64,000 bases of DNA from Candidatus Poribacteria bacterium (GCA_965218095.1 OZ244587.1:3968001-4032000); one strand, 5' to 3'; positions 20,746 to 32,241 are shown, counted from the first letter of the stretch. Notes: generated by a model not told the origin, from the letters alone. Numbers and translations are program-made.

Positions 20746-21030
20746 ATGAATCCCAAGGAGACGTTTGTTTTGGACAAAATCCGCGAATTGGTTATCATGC
20801 TTCAAACAGGGATTGAGGACTACGAAAAGCAGTTAAAAGCGTTACAGGAGGAACGTCTCAAATATATCCGACTATCAATCACCAATGGGTTTGGCGCCGA
20901 CGAGAATAGCTCTAAAGAATCGTGGCTGATTCACCTCAAACAACTTGAGGATTCTCTGGAGGTCCGCTTGAACGCACTCAAACAGGCAATCAAGGAAGCT
21001 ATTGATGATATCCTTTCGGAAAGGAACTAA
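20746..21030 (+). CDS. Hypothetical coiled-coil protein
   Basis: 94-aa helical ORF ending 2 nt before the peptidase start. Confidence 0.6.
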   Translation: MNPKETFVLDKIRELVIMLQTGIEDYEKQLKALQEERLKYIRLSITNGFGADENSSKESWLIHLKQLEDSLEVRLNALKQAIKEAIDDILSERN

Positions 21031-21032
21031 AT

Positions 21033-22157
21033 ATGCTGACCCAGCGAGGAAGTGCATTACGACAAAAACGTGTCCGCGAATATTTATCTGAGAACCAAAT
21101 CGACGCGGTACTCATTTCAGACTATCGCGATATTCACTATCTAACGGGGTTGCTTCTGGCCAAAAACTTACCTGCGTTGCTGCTACTCGAAACCGAGGGT
21201 CACTCATGGCTTGCCGCAACAACAGACGGAGGGGATGCCCTCGTTGATGATCGCCTCGTCTACGAGTGGGAACAACTTGGCACAATGAATCCTGATCCAA
21301 TGCGATGCCTGCAAAAGGTTGTTGAAGCGCGATTGAAGAATGCGCCCTCTGTCAAGTGCATTGGTTGGCAAGCTGAGTCCCTGCCACGTGTGCTTGGGGA
21401 AACTGTCGCAAATGCGTTACACTTTGATGAGTGGGTTGCGGTCGACGATGCCCTGGCGGGGATGCAGATGCGGAAAGATCCGGACGAAGTGGATCTGTTA
21501 CGTCGTGCGATTCAAGCCTCGCTGGCGGCTTATACGTCGGTACAGAAAGTGATCGCCCCCGGCGTCAACGAACTGACCGTGTTAGCTGCAGGAAAAAAGG
21601 CGGCAATGGAAGCAGCGGGTGAACCCATCGAACACGGCGGCGACTACTGCGTTGGTGAGTTAGGTGGTCCCGCCAGGGATCACATCATTGAGAAAGGGCA
21701 GATGTACATTATCGATGCCCAAGGCGAATATCGCGGTTACTGGTCAGATCTCTGCCGGACATTTGTTGTCGGCGGCGAACCGACTGACTTGCAGCAGTCG
21801 GTCTACGACCACGTCGCAGGAATCCTCGCTGATGTGCCAAACCTTGTGAAACCGGGCGGCAGGGGTACTCAACTCTGGCGAACAATCGATGAGCGGCTGC
21901 GCGAACACCCTCATCTTGTGGATAAAGGACTCATCCATCACGCAGGACATGGCGTTGGATCGCGCGGGCACGAAATGCCAGATCTCAACCGGGATCGGGA
22001 AGGGATTTTTGAAGTTGGCAACGTGTTTTCCTGTGAACCGGGAGCCTACTCGGATGAATTGCGCGGCGGTGTTCGACTTGAAAATACCTTTCTGATTACC
22101 GAATCCAGAGTCGAGAATTTATCAGAGTATCCGACCAATCTGATTCCAAAAAGATAA
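21033..22157 (+). CDS. Xaa-Pro aminopeptidase family (M24)
   Basis: KDPDE, IDAQG..GYWSDLCRT, HHAGHGVG..HE, EPGAY and GVRLEN motifs. Confidence 0.92.
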   Translation: MLTQRGSALRQKRVREYLSENQIDAVLISDYRDIHYLTGLLLAKNLPALLLLETEGHSWLAATTDGGDALVDDRLVYEWEQLGTMNPDPMRCLQKVVEARLKNAPSVKCIGWQAESLPRVLGETVANALHFDEWVAVDDALAGMQMRKDPDEVDLLRRAIQASLAAYTSVQKVIAPGVNELTVLAAGKKAAMEAAGEPIEHGGDYCVGELGGPARDHIIEKGQMYIIDAQGEYRGYWSDLCRTFVVGGEPTDLQQSVYDHVAGILADVPNLVKPGGRGTQLWRTIDERLREHPHLVDKGLIHHAGHGVGSRGHEMPDLNRDREGIFEVGNVFSCEPGAYSDELRGGVRLENTFLITESRVENLSEYPTNLIPKR

Positions 22158-22349
22158 AAATTAGACGGGAATATGCTAAGGATATATTGAACGCATCGAT
22201 CTCGATTTTCCTTTTGCACAAGCTCTCAATGTAAGCCAAAAGTTAAGATTGGAGATGTCCCTGTCCTCAACCTTGAGAGGGCAGACTATATCGTTCACAC
22301 GATTGACGAACCAACAACTCAACAGAACCTGAATCGAACTCTCAGCAAG

Positions 22350-22640
22350 ATGAACCCGTTGCTCGTCATCAAAGTTATATCCAATCGCTCTGTAGATGAG
22401 GCAGCGCAGGATCTTGCGGAAGCCCTCGCCATTGAACATCCTGTTGCCGGTCTGCATCTGCTGGGCTCTGAAGTCCGCGATCTCGTTCTCACTAGGCTTC
22501 GTAATATCAATCAACTCGATAACGCAATTGTTTGCGATCTCGCGACTCACGACATCACCGAAATTGTTCAGTGGGAGATTGAAACCTTTATGCTCGACAA
22601 GGAGAAAGAATTCGAACGGGAGGGGACATATAATAGATAG
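22350..22640 (+). CDS. Hypothetical protein, probably 5'-truncated
   Basis: Protein-like composition; the frame stays open upstream to about 22191 without a start codon. Confidence 0.35.
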   Translation: MNPLLVIKVISNRSVDEAAQDLAEALAIEHPVAGLHLLGSEVRDLVLTRLRNINQLDNAIVCDLATHDITEIVQWEIETFMLDKEKEFEREGTYNR

Positions 22641-22667
22641 AACAGACCCTGGAGGAGGGGATGAAAT

Positions 22668-23642
22668 ATGCCCAAAGCCCTTTGTATCGGCGAGCTTCTC
22701 ATCGATTTCGTTTCCACAACAATTGACGCCACCCTTGCAGAATGCACCGGATTTGCCAGAGCACCGGGCGGTGCACCGGCGAACGTCGCGGTTGGCCTGG
22801 CAAGACTCGGGATCGATTCAGGATTTATCGGCAAAATCGGCGATGAGCCGTTCGGGGATTTCCTGCGAGTGACGCTTGAGCAGCATCACGTTGATACCTC
22901 CTATCTCATTTCAGGCACGGGTTGCCGCACGACATTAGCGTTTGTTGCGACCAGATCGGATGGGGCGAAGGACATCGTTTGCTATCGTAATCCGGGGGCT
23001 GATATGCTGCTCACGCCTGACGAAATCGATGAAACATACATTCAATCTGCGAATCTGTTTCACTACGGTTCAGTCAGTTTGAGCCACCAACCTAGTCGTG
23101 ATGCCACGCTGAAAGCAATTCAGTCCGCGAAGGAGGCGGGCGCACTGATGTCGTATGACCCGAACCTGCGATTGATGTTGTGGGATACGCCGGAAGAAGC
23201 CAGATACTGGATCTGGGAAGTCATGTCGTATGCGAATGTCGTAAAAGCGGCGGAGGAAGAGTGGGAATTTATTACCGACACGTCACAATTGGAAAAGGGA
23301 AGCGAGCGCATCTTGGAAACCGGCGTGGAGTTGGTCGTTGTGACGCGAGGCGAGCACGGCTGTTACTACAGCAACGGCTCATATCGTGGATATGTAGACG
23401 GGTTTCAGGTTGAAGTGGTTGATCCGCTCGGCGCAGGCGACGGATTTGTCGCGGCAATGCTGGCACAAATGATATGTACATTTGAATCAGTGGGGACCCC
23501 GTTTCCACCCGACGATGATCAACTCTGGGCAATTATGACTTATGCCAACGCCGCGGGCGCTTTGACGACGCAGAAGGTTGGCGTTATCCCTGCGCTGCCG
23601 ACAGCATCAGAAATTGAAATGTTCCTGAAACACGGGACATGA
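22668..23642 (+). CDS. PfkB family carbohydrate kinase (fructokinase-like)
   Basis: GELLIDF, PGGAPANVA, YDPNLR and DPLGAGDGF motifs. Confidence 0.93.
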   Translation: MPKALCIGELLIDFVSTTIDATLAECTGFARAPGGAPANVAVGLARLGIDSGFIGKIGDEPFGDFLRVTLEQHHVDTSYLISGTGCRTTLAFVATRSDGAKDIVCYRNPGADMLLTPDEIDETYIQSANLFHYGSVSLSHQPSRDATLKAIQSAKEAGALMSYDPNLRLMLWDTPEEARYWIWEVMSYANVVKAAEEEWEFITDTSQLEKGSERILETGVELVVVTRGEHGCYYSNGSYRGYVDGFQVEVVDPLGAGDGFVAAMLAQMICTFESVGTPFPPDDDQLWAIMTYANAAGALTTQKVGVIPALPTASEIEMFLKHGT

Positions 23643-23692
23643 TGCGTAAATCATCAATGGTTATAATTCGCTGATTCGAGGATGTGGAAGGA

Positions 23693-24202
23693 CTACGGCG
23701 TAATGATTTGTTGGGGACGTGACTGTTCCAGCAATTTGTCCAACTTGCTATCGATGCCATCCAGCCGGTTTTCGACATGGGGCAATCGGGTATCAATTCC
23801 TACCATCCAATTTTCCACTTAATCCAATTGACTCTCAACGTGGGTCAATCGGGCATCCATTTGACCCAATCGGTTTTCGACCGAAAAGGTTAATCGCGTA
23901 TCAATTCGACCATCCATCGCATTGAACCGCAGATCAACCGAATTGAACTTCTGGTCAATTGCGTTCAATCTAGATTCAATCGTATTGAATCGTTTGTCCA
24001 TCTGATCCAGTCGTTCATTGATATTTTTTTCGATCAGATCGATTTTCGTGTCGAGCTTATCAATTTTTAGATCTACATAGTTCTTGATGTTCTTTTCTAG
24101 CTCTTGCAGGTCGTTTTTAGTGATTTGACCCGTGCTGACGCCCGGCAAACAATGGACGAACAGTACCAAAATCTAGATGGTGCAGATAGAATGTTTTTGC
24201 AT
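23693..24202 (-). pseudogene. Secreted heptad-repeat coiled-coil protein with two in-frame stops
   Basis: MQKHSICTI*ILVLFV...RLD/RFN heptads...SQLD*VENWMVGIDTRLPHVENRLDGIDSKLD. Confidence 0.6.
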
Positions 24203-24269
24203 TATGGATACCCCCGGAAAGTTTGCCGATATTTTACCATATCGACTCAACAAGTTCAAATACTTTCCG

Positions 24270-24980
24270 TTAAGGTCGCATCTGAAAAAAACGCCAGGTT
24301 GATTCCGAACCCACCGCTGCTCGCTCTTCAAAATCCACACGCCATTGATACTCCCGACCCGGCAGCAGCGACTCAGTTGCCCTCCCACCTTGGTTGTAAA
24401 TTACCTCGAATTGATCAAAATCGATCGTTTCATAGTGCCAAATCTCTCGAAATAGATTCTCGGTTTCTCCTGTGCTGGCGAAAACGCAGACAGTATAAAA
24501 TCCCGTTTCACCAATTCCAAGCCAACGAAACGTCGGCAGCCCATCAAGAATTGCCTGACCGGGTGGGTGTGTTAATATCGGTTTACGCATCAGTGTATAA
24601 AAAGCCGCCTCAGACATTCTACCTTCGTTTCCCAGCTCGTCGGCTGCCGTGACACGATAGTAATATTTGGTTTCCAGCTTCACTTCCGAGTCTTCATAGA
24701 ACGTCATAGCTTTTGATACGCTACCGATTCGTTCATATCCACTTGCTAGATCCGCGGAACGGTAGATCTGATAGCCAGAGAAATCCGTTTCTGGACTCGC
24801 CTCCCATTCGATATAGATGCCGTCTGTGTCTGTATCTGTTAGTGCGTCAGGTCCCCACAGGTCATCCGGAATATCGCTTCGATGCAGGTGCATTTTGGGT
24901 GGCAATGGCACCCCTCCGATTGGGTCTTCCACCTCCTCAACTGCATCCTCACCACAGCCAATCAGAACAGTGAGTATCAG
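24270..24980 (-). CDS. Fibronectin type III domain lipoprotein (signal peptide disrupted)
   Basis: LIGC lipobox upstream of the GTG; IEWEAS..D..GYQIYRS and YYYRVTAAD..GNEG FN3 motifs. Confidence 0.7.
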   Translation of the reverse strand: MILTVLIGCGEDAVEEVEDPIGGVPLPPKMHLHRSDIPDDLWGPDALTDTDTDGIYIEWEASPETDFSGYQIYRSADLASGYERIGSVSKAMTFYEDSEVKLETKYYYRVTAADELGNEGRMSEAAFYTLMRKPILTHPPGQAILDGLPTFRWLGIGETGFYTVCVFASTGETENLFREIWHYETIDFDQFEVIYNQGGRATESLLPGREYQWRVDFEERAAVGSESTWRFFQMRP

Positions 24981-25419
24981 CTAAATCCATCAATAGAATG
25001 CCATAGGAACTTCTGTCTCTCTTCTTCTTAAAATCGCTTGACAGCAAACGGGCTCACTTCTATATGAGAGCCCTTGCTACAAAGGCGAAATATTATACCA
25101 TAGGAATTACGCCGTTAGCAGGCGATGAAACCTGGGAAGTTTTTACAGCGATTTACCATCCAATTCATTTCATCAGATGCTCAAATGCGCTAGCAAAGGT
25201 ATTGTCAGAGACTTCCGAAGTCTGAACCGTTTAACGCCTCGAATTTTTGGAGGAAGCCTCATATTTTTCGGAATAGGAGACTCCATGAGGTTTATGTACA
25301 GGAAAGAGATAGCTTATCGCTTATGCTGTATCGGGATGGTCAGGCGCCCGTCCCGGAACCCAAATTCCAATCGATGAATATTGCCGCGGATGGTTTTGAA
25401 AAACGGTCCGTGAATCAGA

Positions 25420-26381
25420 TTAAGCAATCATTAGATCTCCCACGGCAGCTTCGGAACCTCTTTGGAAGTTATTCTGGAGTCCAAAGCAATGGAAGGCACT
25501 TGTATTCCACTACCGGCGGCACCGTCAGGATCTGATGAGACTTTGTGGGAATTCCAGATCCAAACGCAGCGAAGTTCCAACAGAAGGTGGAGCAAGTGGG
25601 TGAAGGCTTACCTCCGCTCAGATGATGCGGGGAAATTTACTTTAATTGGGGTGCAGCGCCAAAAATAGGTAGGTCGTTCACGGTATTAGATGCGGTGAAA
25701 AATGCCTCATTATCTGCAGTATCCTTGAAAAAGTTTGAAACCTTTTCAAGATTGAAGCAACTTGATTGAAAGGAGACCTATGAAAATATTAGCTTTTACA
25801 ATCGTGTTTTTCCTTATGCCATTCTTTCAAGCATGATCACAGCCCACGAAAACCGTTTCAGCAGCTAAGGTAGAAAGTGGGGATGGAACCCCTTCGACTC
25901 GGCAGACACAACTTGATGAATATATCGCTAAATATCCCTGATTAGAACACTCATCGAACGACGGGATAAAGTTGGGCGGTATTGGTTTTCATGGATGAAT
26001 CCTCTAGATAAGTTTCGGTTTGAACGCAAGAGCAATGGGGAGGTGACGCTCAATTTCAACGATCTGGCTGTTGATGGAAACTCAGCCGAAGCCGAAACGT
26101 CCAAATACATCTACACCCTCTCCCATCCGAAAAAAGGGATCAATGACAAGGCGGTAACCGTTGATGCCCTCGTGATTCCAATTTCTCAAAATGGTGAAGG
26201 ATTTCTGGACGACACTTTAGCACGTCTCGGCGAAATCTCTGACGAGTCGGATAAGATCTTTCGTGTAAAAATTGAAACTCAATGGGGAGAGAAGTTGATT
26301 AGCAAAGCCGTTGAGGTCTATTTTTATTACCCTGGCAATTCAGGAGAACCGCGGGTTGTTGGAATCGTGAGGGAGGAATGA
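25420..26381 (+). pseudogene. Remnants of two tandem paralogous hypothetical genes
   Basis: Similar C-termini (...FTLIGVQRQK* and ...PRVVGIVREE*); a signal peptide at 25780 stops early, then YLIRTLIERRDKVGRYWFSWMNPLDKF. Confidence 0.4.
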
Positions 26382-26856
26382 ATCCCTGAAAATAGACAGA
26401 TAAGTCCCCAGACTTTGCCAAGTTACAAGCGGATTACGTACATTCCATTCTGATTACCGGTTCTGTCCATTTGATTTTATCCTCGGAGGAAAGGAATACT
26501 CCAAACAAGAGGGAACGAAAGCGGATAAACCAATTCTCTAAATCCAGCCTTACTTGCGACGAGAGCGGTACCCACCGCGTTTACGACGTTGAAATGGACA
26601 GCAACTTTTTTATGTCCGCATCGTCACGCTTTCACGCCGTTCAGATGTGGATAAGGTCAACCTTGCTGATTTCCTCTCTGAGCATTCAGCAGCAGACCTC
26701 GGCAATCTGATGTCCAACGGCCCGGATCTGATTGAATGGCAGATTCATCAAGCAAAGGGCAAACTCAGTATCGCTAATAATTCTCCAACAGGCAACCTAG
26801 CGATAACCATCAGAGACTTTTTCAAAATCTCCAATGCCACCGACCATCCCGCACTA

Positions 26857-27573
26857 TCAAGGTCGCGTGGCTATTCTGAGCCGGTCAACGATGGTAAGGT
26901 GAGGCCAGAGGTCTTGCAGAAACTGTTCCAACGTTTCCTCGACAGTCGTGCACGTCGTGTCCAGGGTAAACTTGCGTTTAATCAGTGAATTATCGTACTC
27001 CTCTTGAAAGCGGTCCAGCACAAGCTCTACATCTCTGTCTTTGAGAATGCCTCTAATCCGCGGGTTCTGTCTCATCCGGTACTTGATGAGCTAGGCTGCT
27101 GCGCGCACCAAAATCAACATCGTGTCGGGCGCAAGCGCCAAGAGCTCGGCGTCCCAGGCCCGCGCACACGCACGACGGTCGGCGAACGAACTGGGATCCC
27201 CGTAGCCGTAGTAGATTGGGGCGTAAATGGCTTCGGTATAGTAATGATTGATGAACAGCGTGTCTTCATCGCGGAACATATCCGGGTGCAGATGACGCCA
27301 GACATTGTGACGTTGAAGCTGTTCAAGCACCGATGGCCGTAATGACAAGATCTGCTCTTCGTCTTCGGCGGTATTGAGGTCGGCCGCTGTTTTGCCTATA
27401 CTCGTTTGGTCACCTGCTGCGTGCACCAGCAGGTGACCATCGAGTTGCGGAACCACAAAATGATTGTGCCATCGCACCAGCCGCAATCCCATCGCTTCGA
27501 TCATCCATTTGGAGACCTCGGTGGCGAGAGTCTTCTTGCCGGTGTATTCACAACCTATGATAAGCAGGCGCAT
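26857..27573 (-). pseudogene. P-loop nucleotide kinase-like protein with in-frame TAG
   Basis: MRLLIIGCEYTGKKTLA Walker A; stop at 27091-27093, after which the same frame continues as LIKYRMRQNP. Confidence 0.65.
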
Positions 27574-27604
27574 TGGCTGCCTCCGTATGAATTAGTTGGA
27601 GCCC

Positions 27605-27700
27605 TAGGGCGTAATCAGGACCTTCATGGTTTGATGAGCGGGATGGGTGAATCTGTCGAAGGCCGTCTCCCAGTCTTCCAGCGGGAACCTGCAGGTAATG
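27605..27700 (-). pseudogene. C-terminal remnant of a Zn-dependent alcohol dehydrogenase
   Basis: LITCRFPLEDWETAFD...KVLITP*. Confidence 0.45.
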
Positions 27701-27716
27701 AGGGACTTTACGGCTA

Positions 27717-28497
27717 TTACTTGAAGCCAAGCTCCACCAGCTTCGCTGTCATGCCCCGGATGCGCGGACGGTCGCTGCTGAGGAACGACTCTTCGTAGAA
27801 CCGGTCCGTTTGGATGAACTGCATCCGCTCAATGTTCTGTTGGTTACTCTGGTACGAGCGCTGCAAATAGGCGATGTGCACATCAGTCGTTGGCTTGGCA
27901 CCAAAGTTCAGCGTGAACATGCGGCGCCCCGTCCGCCCACCGAACGACGAGTGCCAAAGATTCTGATTGAGAAACACCACGTCACCAGGCTTCGATTCCA
28001 GAGGGAAGCACGGCACGTCGCGTGGGGAAACAGCGAAGGGTACCACGCTAGGGTCCAACTGCTGACGCGTGAGCAGACTGACATCCTCGTGCAGCGGCGG
28101 CCGGTGGGAGCCGGGGATGACACGCAGGCGGCCGGTATCTTTCCCCACCGAGTCGAGATAGAATATCACCTTGATCTTGGCAGTCGGGGTGCCAGTCGGT
28201 ATCACCGACGTAGAGGTTGCCGGCGGACCCGATCCAGACGAAGCCCGGCCCCAGCAGTTGTTGGATTGGCTCGTAAATGCGGTCGTCGTCGGCCAGCCGT
28301 CTCAGCAACAGCCGTTTCTCGATAAAGCCAAACACCGCTTGCCGTTTCTCCCCCGGGAACGGTTATCCCTGACGGTCCTTAGACAGCAACTCGTCGAACG
28401 CATGACTGAACGCGTCCATCTCGTCCAGCGAGAAATACTGTCGCATCAAGAGAAAGCCAAAGATCTCAAAGTGTAATTTTTGTTCCGCAGTTAGCAT
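27717..28497 (-). pseudogene. Phytanoyl-CoA dioxygenase (PhyH) family, frameshifted
   Basis: MLTAEQKLHFEIFGFLL, WHPD, LRVIPGSH and PGDVVF..NLWH pieces in three frames. Confidence 0.85.
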
Positions 28498-28511
28498 CGT
28501 GCGTCCCCTCT

Positions 28512-29443
28512 CTACCGATCCGCAGCTAGTCGTCGCTGGTTCCATTCGCCCAATTCGAATCGGCGCGTATTGGCAGGCATCGACAGCGTTCGATATCGCG
28601 GTCCACGCGTGTGGGAGGCCTTGCCCTCGAACAGGACCTTCAGTTGCTGCGGGATCTGCCGCCGAAAAGACTCACTCAACTGGCCATGCTCATGGCCATT
28701 ATCCCAGTTGGGAAACAAGGTCGAGCCATATCCGGTGATGATGATGACGCGCTCCTTGTCGGAACAGTTCTGACCCGTAGCATGGATCAACGCCTCGCTG
28801 AACAACAGCGTGGAGCCGGCCGGGGCCACGACCTGATGGATCAAACTGCAGTCTTCGTACGTTACCTCGACGAGTTCCTTGGTCGACACGTCGATCTTGT
28901 GGCTGCCCGCGATCACTACCGTGCCCCCGTCATCCGGACCAAGGTCAGTCAGGTTCGTGAGCGTTTTAACGAAGTTGCAGTGAAAAAGGCCGTGGTGCGT
29001 GTGGCTGGCGAAGGGGATATCCGTGCCCCGGTGGAAGCCGTACTCTGGCGGCTCGTCGCAGCGCTAGGAGGGGTCGCGGCGGTTGATGTGGGCATTCATC
29101 TCGACGATGCGGGCCTCGCCGCCTATCAGTTCCTCTGCCATCGACACCATGAAGGGGTGGGTCGCGTACGCAGTGATGACCGGTGCCGCCTCAATGATGT
29201 TGGCCATATAATGGTGGTGGGGTTTGTCGACCACAATAAAGGCGTCGCGCACCCGTGGCCCCGATGCGGAGGGATCGTCAAGTTGCTTCAGCTCATCTCT
29301 GAGCCGATACAGGGCATCTTTGATGCGGGACACCTCCGCCGGTTTCAGCGTGTTCTCTACGACCACATATGCGCCGGCGTCAAAGGCGGAAACGGGCGAT
29401 CGAAGGTGAGGCTGTCGTTCATTCGTTCGGTGATTGTGTCCAT
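28512..29443 (-). pseudogene. PhyH family dioxygenase with a deletion and an in-frame stop
   Basis: GFHRG, NLTDLGPDDGGTVVIAGSHK and AGSTLLFSEALIHA motifs; TAG at 29064. Confidence 0.85.
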
Positions 29444-29659
29444 CCTTTTCTCCCGTCCAGGCGACCCTGTCATATTGTTGAAATTGGAAGTGAGCAGCGT
29501 TCGGACTGATGAAGCGGATGGCCGCCCTGATGAACCCGCATCAGGTGTCCTGACTCTTATTGCCGCATAACGCGATAACGATCAGCAGATTGGTGTGAGG
29601 TTTGTCATGAAGGGATACTTATCGTGTCCAGCCCCCTCTTAAATTCGTGCTGTACCACT

Positions 29660-29947
29660 CTAAGATGCAACCTCGAACTGTTCTGACTCAGGAGGCTTCG
29701 ACCACAGAACGCTCGCTCTACTCATTACGGCTGCGCGCTCTAGAGAAGCGCGCCAAGCGTCGTAGATCTCCAAACTCTCCCAAGTCACCAATGTCGTTAT
29801 CTTCGTCTCGTCGGCCAAGGAGATAAGCGTTTGCCGATTAATGAATCCGGGCGCTTTGCTCTGCGCTAGCCCATTGCGGTCCAAGAGCTCGTGCGCCTGA
29901 TTGACCTGTTCCTTCTTTGCCCAATGGTGAGTTAATACGCCTATCAT
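29660..29947 (-). CDS. Antibiotic biosynthesis monooxygenase (ABM) family protein
   Basis: APGFINRQTL...TLVTWES...W; RBS GGAGG. Confidence 0.8.
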   Translation of the reverse strand: MIGVLTHHWAKKEQVNQAHELLDRNGLAQSKAPGFINRQTLISLADETKITTLVTWESLEIYDAWRASLERAAVMSRASVLWSKPPESEQFEVAS

Positions 29948-30255
29948 AATTCCTCCATCCGGTTGTTAGGTTGTGTCATTGCTCTCACTAGCATAATTCC
30001 CTTGAGCTTCCCGCTTGGGCACGCTGGCCAAGTGACGTGCTGCACGGAAATCTTCGATTCCGCTAAACAGTACGAGGACAGCCATGCCTGCTAATGTAAT
30101 GCGGAGGATTCCCGGAACCTCCGCCGGTTGATATTTAATGGCTGTAGACATCATTCCCCCGGCGCCGATTTCAAAAAAGACTGAAGTTCAAATGAGAATT
30201 CTATTGAAATTCGTCCCGGCTAAGTCATAAAACTACGCACCCGGCCTATCAAATT

Positions 30256-30690
30256 TCACGGAAGAAAACGGTCTTTCTCCTCGGCACTCGGAATGCGACA
30301 GGAATCTCTCCGCCTGAACCATCGGTATCGATTTCGAGCGATCACTCGATAAACGGGATTTCGAATTCGTCGGGGGACGAAGCACAGAAGGCTCAAGAAC
30401 CACCAACCACCTCCCAAACGTCGATATACCTCAAGAGAGGCATCTGACTGATCGTGAATTCCCCGCTCGTCTAAATAAAGCATAGACCACTCCTGAGAGT
30501 CCTCGGAGAGTGGCGGTAGCAGTCTCTTGGCAGTTTCTCCTTGAAATGGCGCAAACCTGAACACATGTTTGGCGTCAACGCTCAGGATCAAATCCACAAA
30601 TCCGTTGCACATTCCACACACACCGTCGAAGAAGATGATCGGTGGCGCCTGCACGACACCCTTTGTTGTTTTTTCTGTCTCCGAATTCAT
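30256..30690 (-). CDS. DCC family thiol-disulfide oxidoreductase (DUF393)
   Basis: FFDGVCGMC, FAPFQ and YRVIARNRY..F..C motifs. Confidence 0.9.
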   Translation of the reverse strand: MNSETEKTTKGVVQAPPIIFFDGVCGMCNGFVDLILSVDAKHVFRFAPFQGETAKRLLPPLSEDSQEWSMLYLDERGIHDQSDASLEVYRRLGGGWWFLSLLCFVPRRIRNPVYRVIARNRYRWFRRRDSCRIPSAEEKDRFLP

Positions 30691-30730
30691 ATTCAGAAAT
30701 GGGACATTGAATTACATCGAGGTGAGTGTA

Positions 30731-30841
30731 ATCTAACACTGGAATTCACCTGGGCTGCCGCGAGATTCCGAAGTTATATTTGATCCCCAAAACGAGGAAA
30801 GGACCGGTTGCGGCAGCGTCAGGTGCAATAACTGGTTAGCG
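30731..30841 (-). other. Integron attC-like recombination site (111 bp)
   Basis: Minus strand: CGCTAAC-CAGTTA-TTGCACCTG-ACGCTGCCGC...GCGGCAGCC-CAGGTGAA-TTCCAGT-GTTAGAT; R boxes, an extra base in L'' and a palindromic core. Confidence 0.75.
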
Positions 30842-30924
30842 ATCTCTGCTAGCTATGAGAGAACGTGTTTGCTCATCCGTATTATAATCTGTATCAGCAT
30901 ATCGACCGTACACATCCGTAGATT

Positions 30925-32241
30925 TCAGATTTTGGACTTGCACGCCTGATGCGCCTCGATGAGTTCGATGATGTCCGTACGCTGAAAGTTGTGTGCCCAA
31001 CCGAGCGGAGTGCCGCCGAACGTTGCATCTTTGATGTCCAGATCGGGGTTCGCGGTCAGCAGAAGGCGAGCCAGTTCGATGTCGTCCCGCTCCGCCGCTA
31101 CGTGCAAGGGCGTCGTCTGCATTTCACCTGAACGCCGGTTGACGAGTTCGGGATTCTTAGCCAGAAGATCCGCAACGCGGTCCTTCCAGCCAAAGTCCCA
31201 TGCCGACAGCACGTCAAGCGTAACACCATGATCGACCAGCCACTGGGCTAAAGTGGTCTTGCCCAGCTTGACCGCGAGTTCCATGGGCATCATACCGTTT
31301 GTCAGGGGCACGTCAAAGCCATCAGTCTCAACCTGTTTCTCAAGCCCATCCAGTGCGTCAATGTCACCCCGTCCTATGGCCTCGGCAAAGGCAATCCGTG
31401 TTGGAGTGGGGGGATTGGCCTCCAGCCGTGCCACGTTCAACCACCACGTCATTCCATAACCGATCCGCTCGAAGCCGATCTGCCGATACATCCGCTCACC
31501 TGTGCCGTTGAGCGTGGCGTGTCGGCATCCGATCTTCTGGCCGTGCGAGCAAGCAGCGATTGTGACCGCTTTACCAACCCCCTGGTTACGAGCCTCTGGA
31601 ACGACGCCGATATCGTAGATTCCTGCAATGCCCAAGGCGCCTGTCGTCAAACACAGCGTGCTGTGGCCAACCGGTTTGCTGTCCAGCCATGCAGCAAAGT
31701 GCCATACCCGCTGGGGGCGTAAGCGGGTGGTGGCAAAGCGGATAGGCTCGGTCTTCTCGACGTAATAGGGAAGGTTGTCGACATCCCAGTCCGTTGCCTT
31801 TTGCACCATTTCGACGCACAGACCGTCCGGTCGCGGGTGGTCAATCCTCATTTTCTGCAAGTCGAGCCACATCCAGCGTGGACGCCATCCCAACTGGAAG
31901 CCACGAGCCAGAAGTCGAACCCCTAAGTCCGGTGGCTGGGTTGGGACCAGTGACCAACATCCGATTGAATTCTTGGGTCGGCGACTGCAATAGAATTGTA
32001 TGATCTCATCAATCTGATCATTCGCATTCGACTCTGTTAGACGAGGAAAGAGAATATAACACCCGCCATTTTGACCAGGGGTAAATACCCAGGTCACGCC
32101 ATTACTCACATGTATCTCTCCTCCTGCAGCTCGCGCTTTTAGTGTCATCCATATATGATGGTTCCATGCAGTAGCCGCTTCGAGTTGGTCATGCGACGAA
32201 TCTTGGAGAAAAGTCAACTCGGACTTCTGCTTCTCTGTCAT
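30925..32241 (-). CDS. GNAT acetyltransferase fused to ankyrin repeats
   Basis: GIYDIGVVPEARNQGVG GNAT motif A; TPLHVAAE..D and GGTPLGWA ankyrin motifs; RBS GAGGAGG. Confidence 0.85.
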   Translation of the reverse strand: MTEKQKSELTFLQDSSHDQLEAATAWNHHIWMTLKARAAGGEIHVSNGVTWVFTPGQNGGCYILFPRLTESNANDQIDEIIQFYCSRRPKNSIGCWSLVPTQPPDLGVRLLARGFQLGWRPRWMWLDLQKMRIDHPRPDGLCVEMVQKATDWDVDNLPYYVEKTEPIRFATTRLRPQRVWHFAAWLDSKPVGHSTLCLTTGALGIAGIYDIGVVPEARNQGVGKAVTIAACSHGQKIGCRHATLNGTGERMYRQIGFERIGYGMTWWLNVARLEANPPTPTRIAFAEAIGRGDIDALDGLEKQVETDGFDVPLTNGMMPMELAVKLGKTTLAQWLVDHGVTLDVLSAWDFGWKDRVADLLAKNPELVNRRSGEMQTTPLHVAAERDDIELARLLLTANPDLDIKDATFGGTPLGWAHNFQRTDIIELIEAHQACKSKI

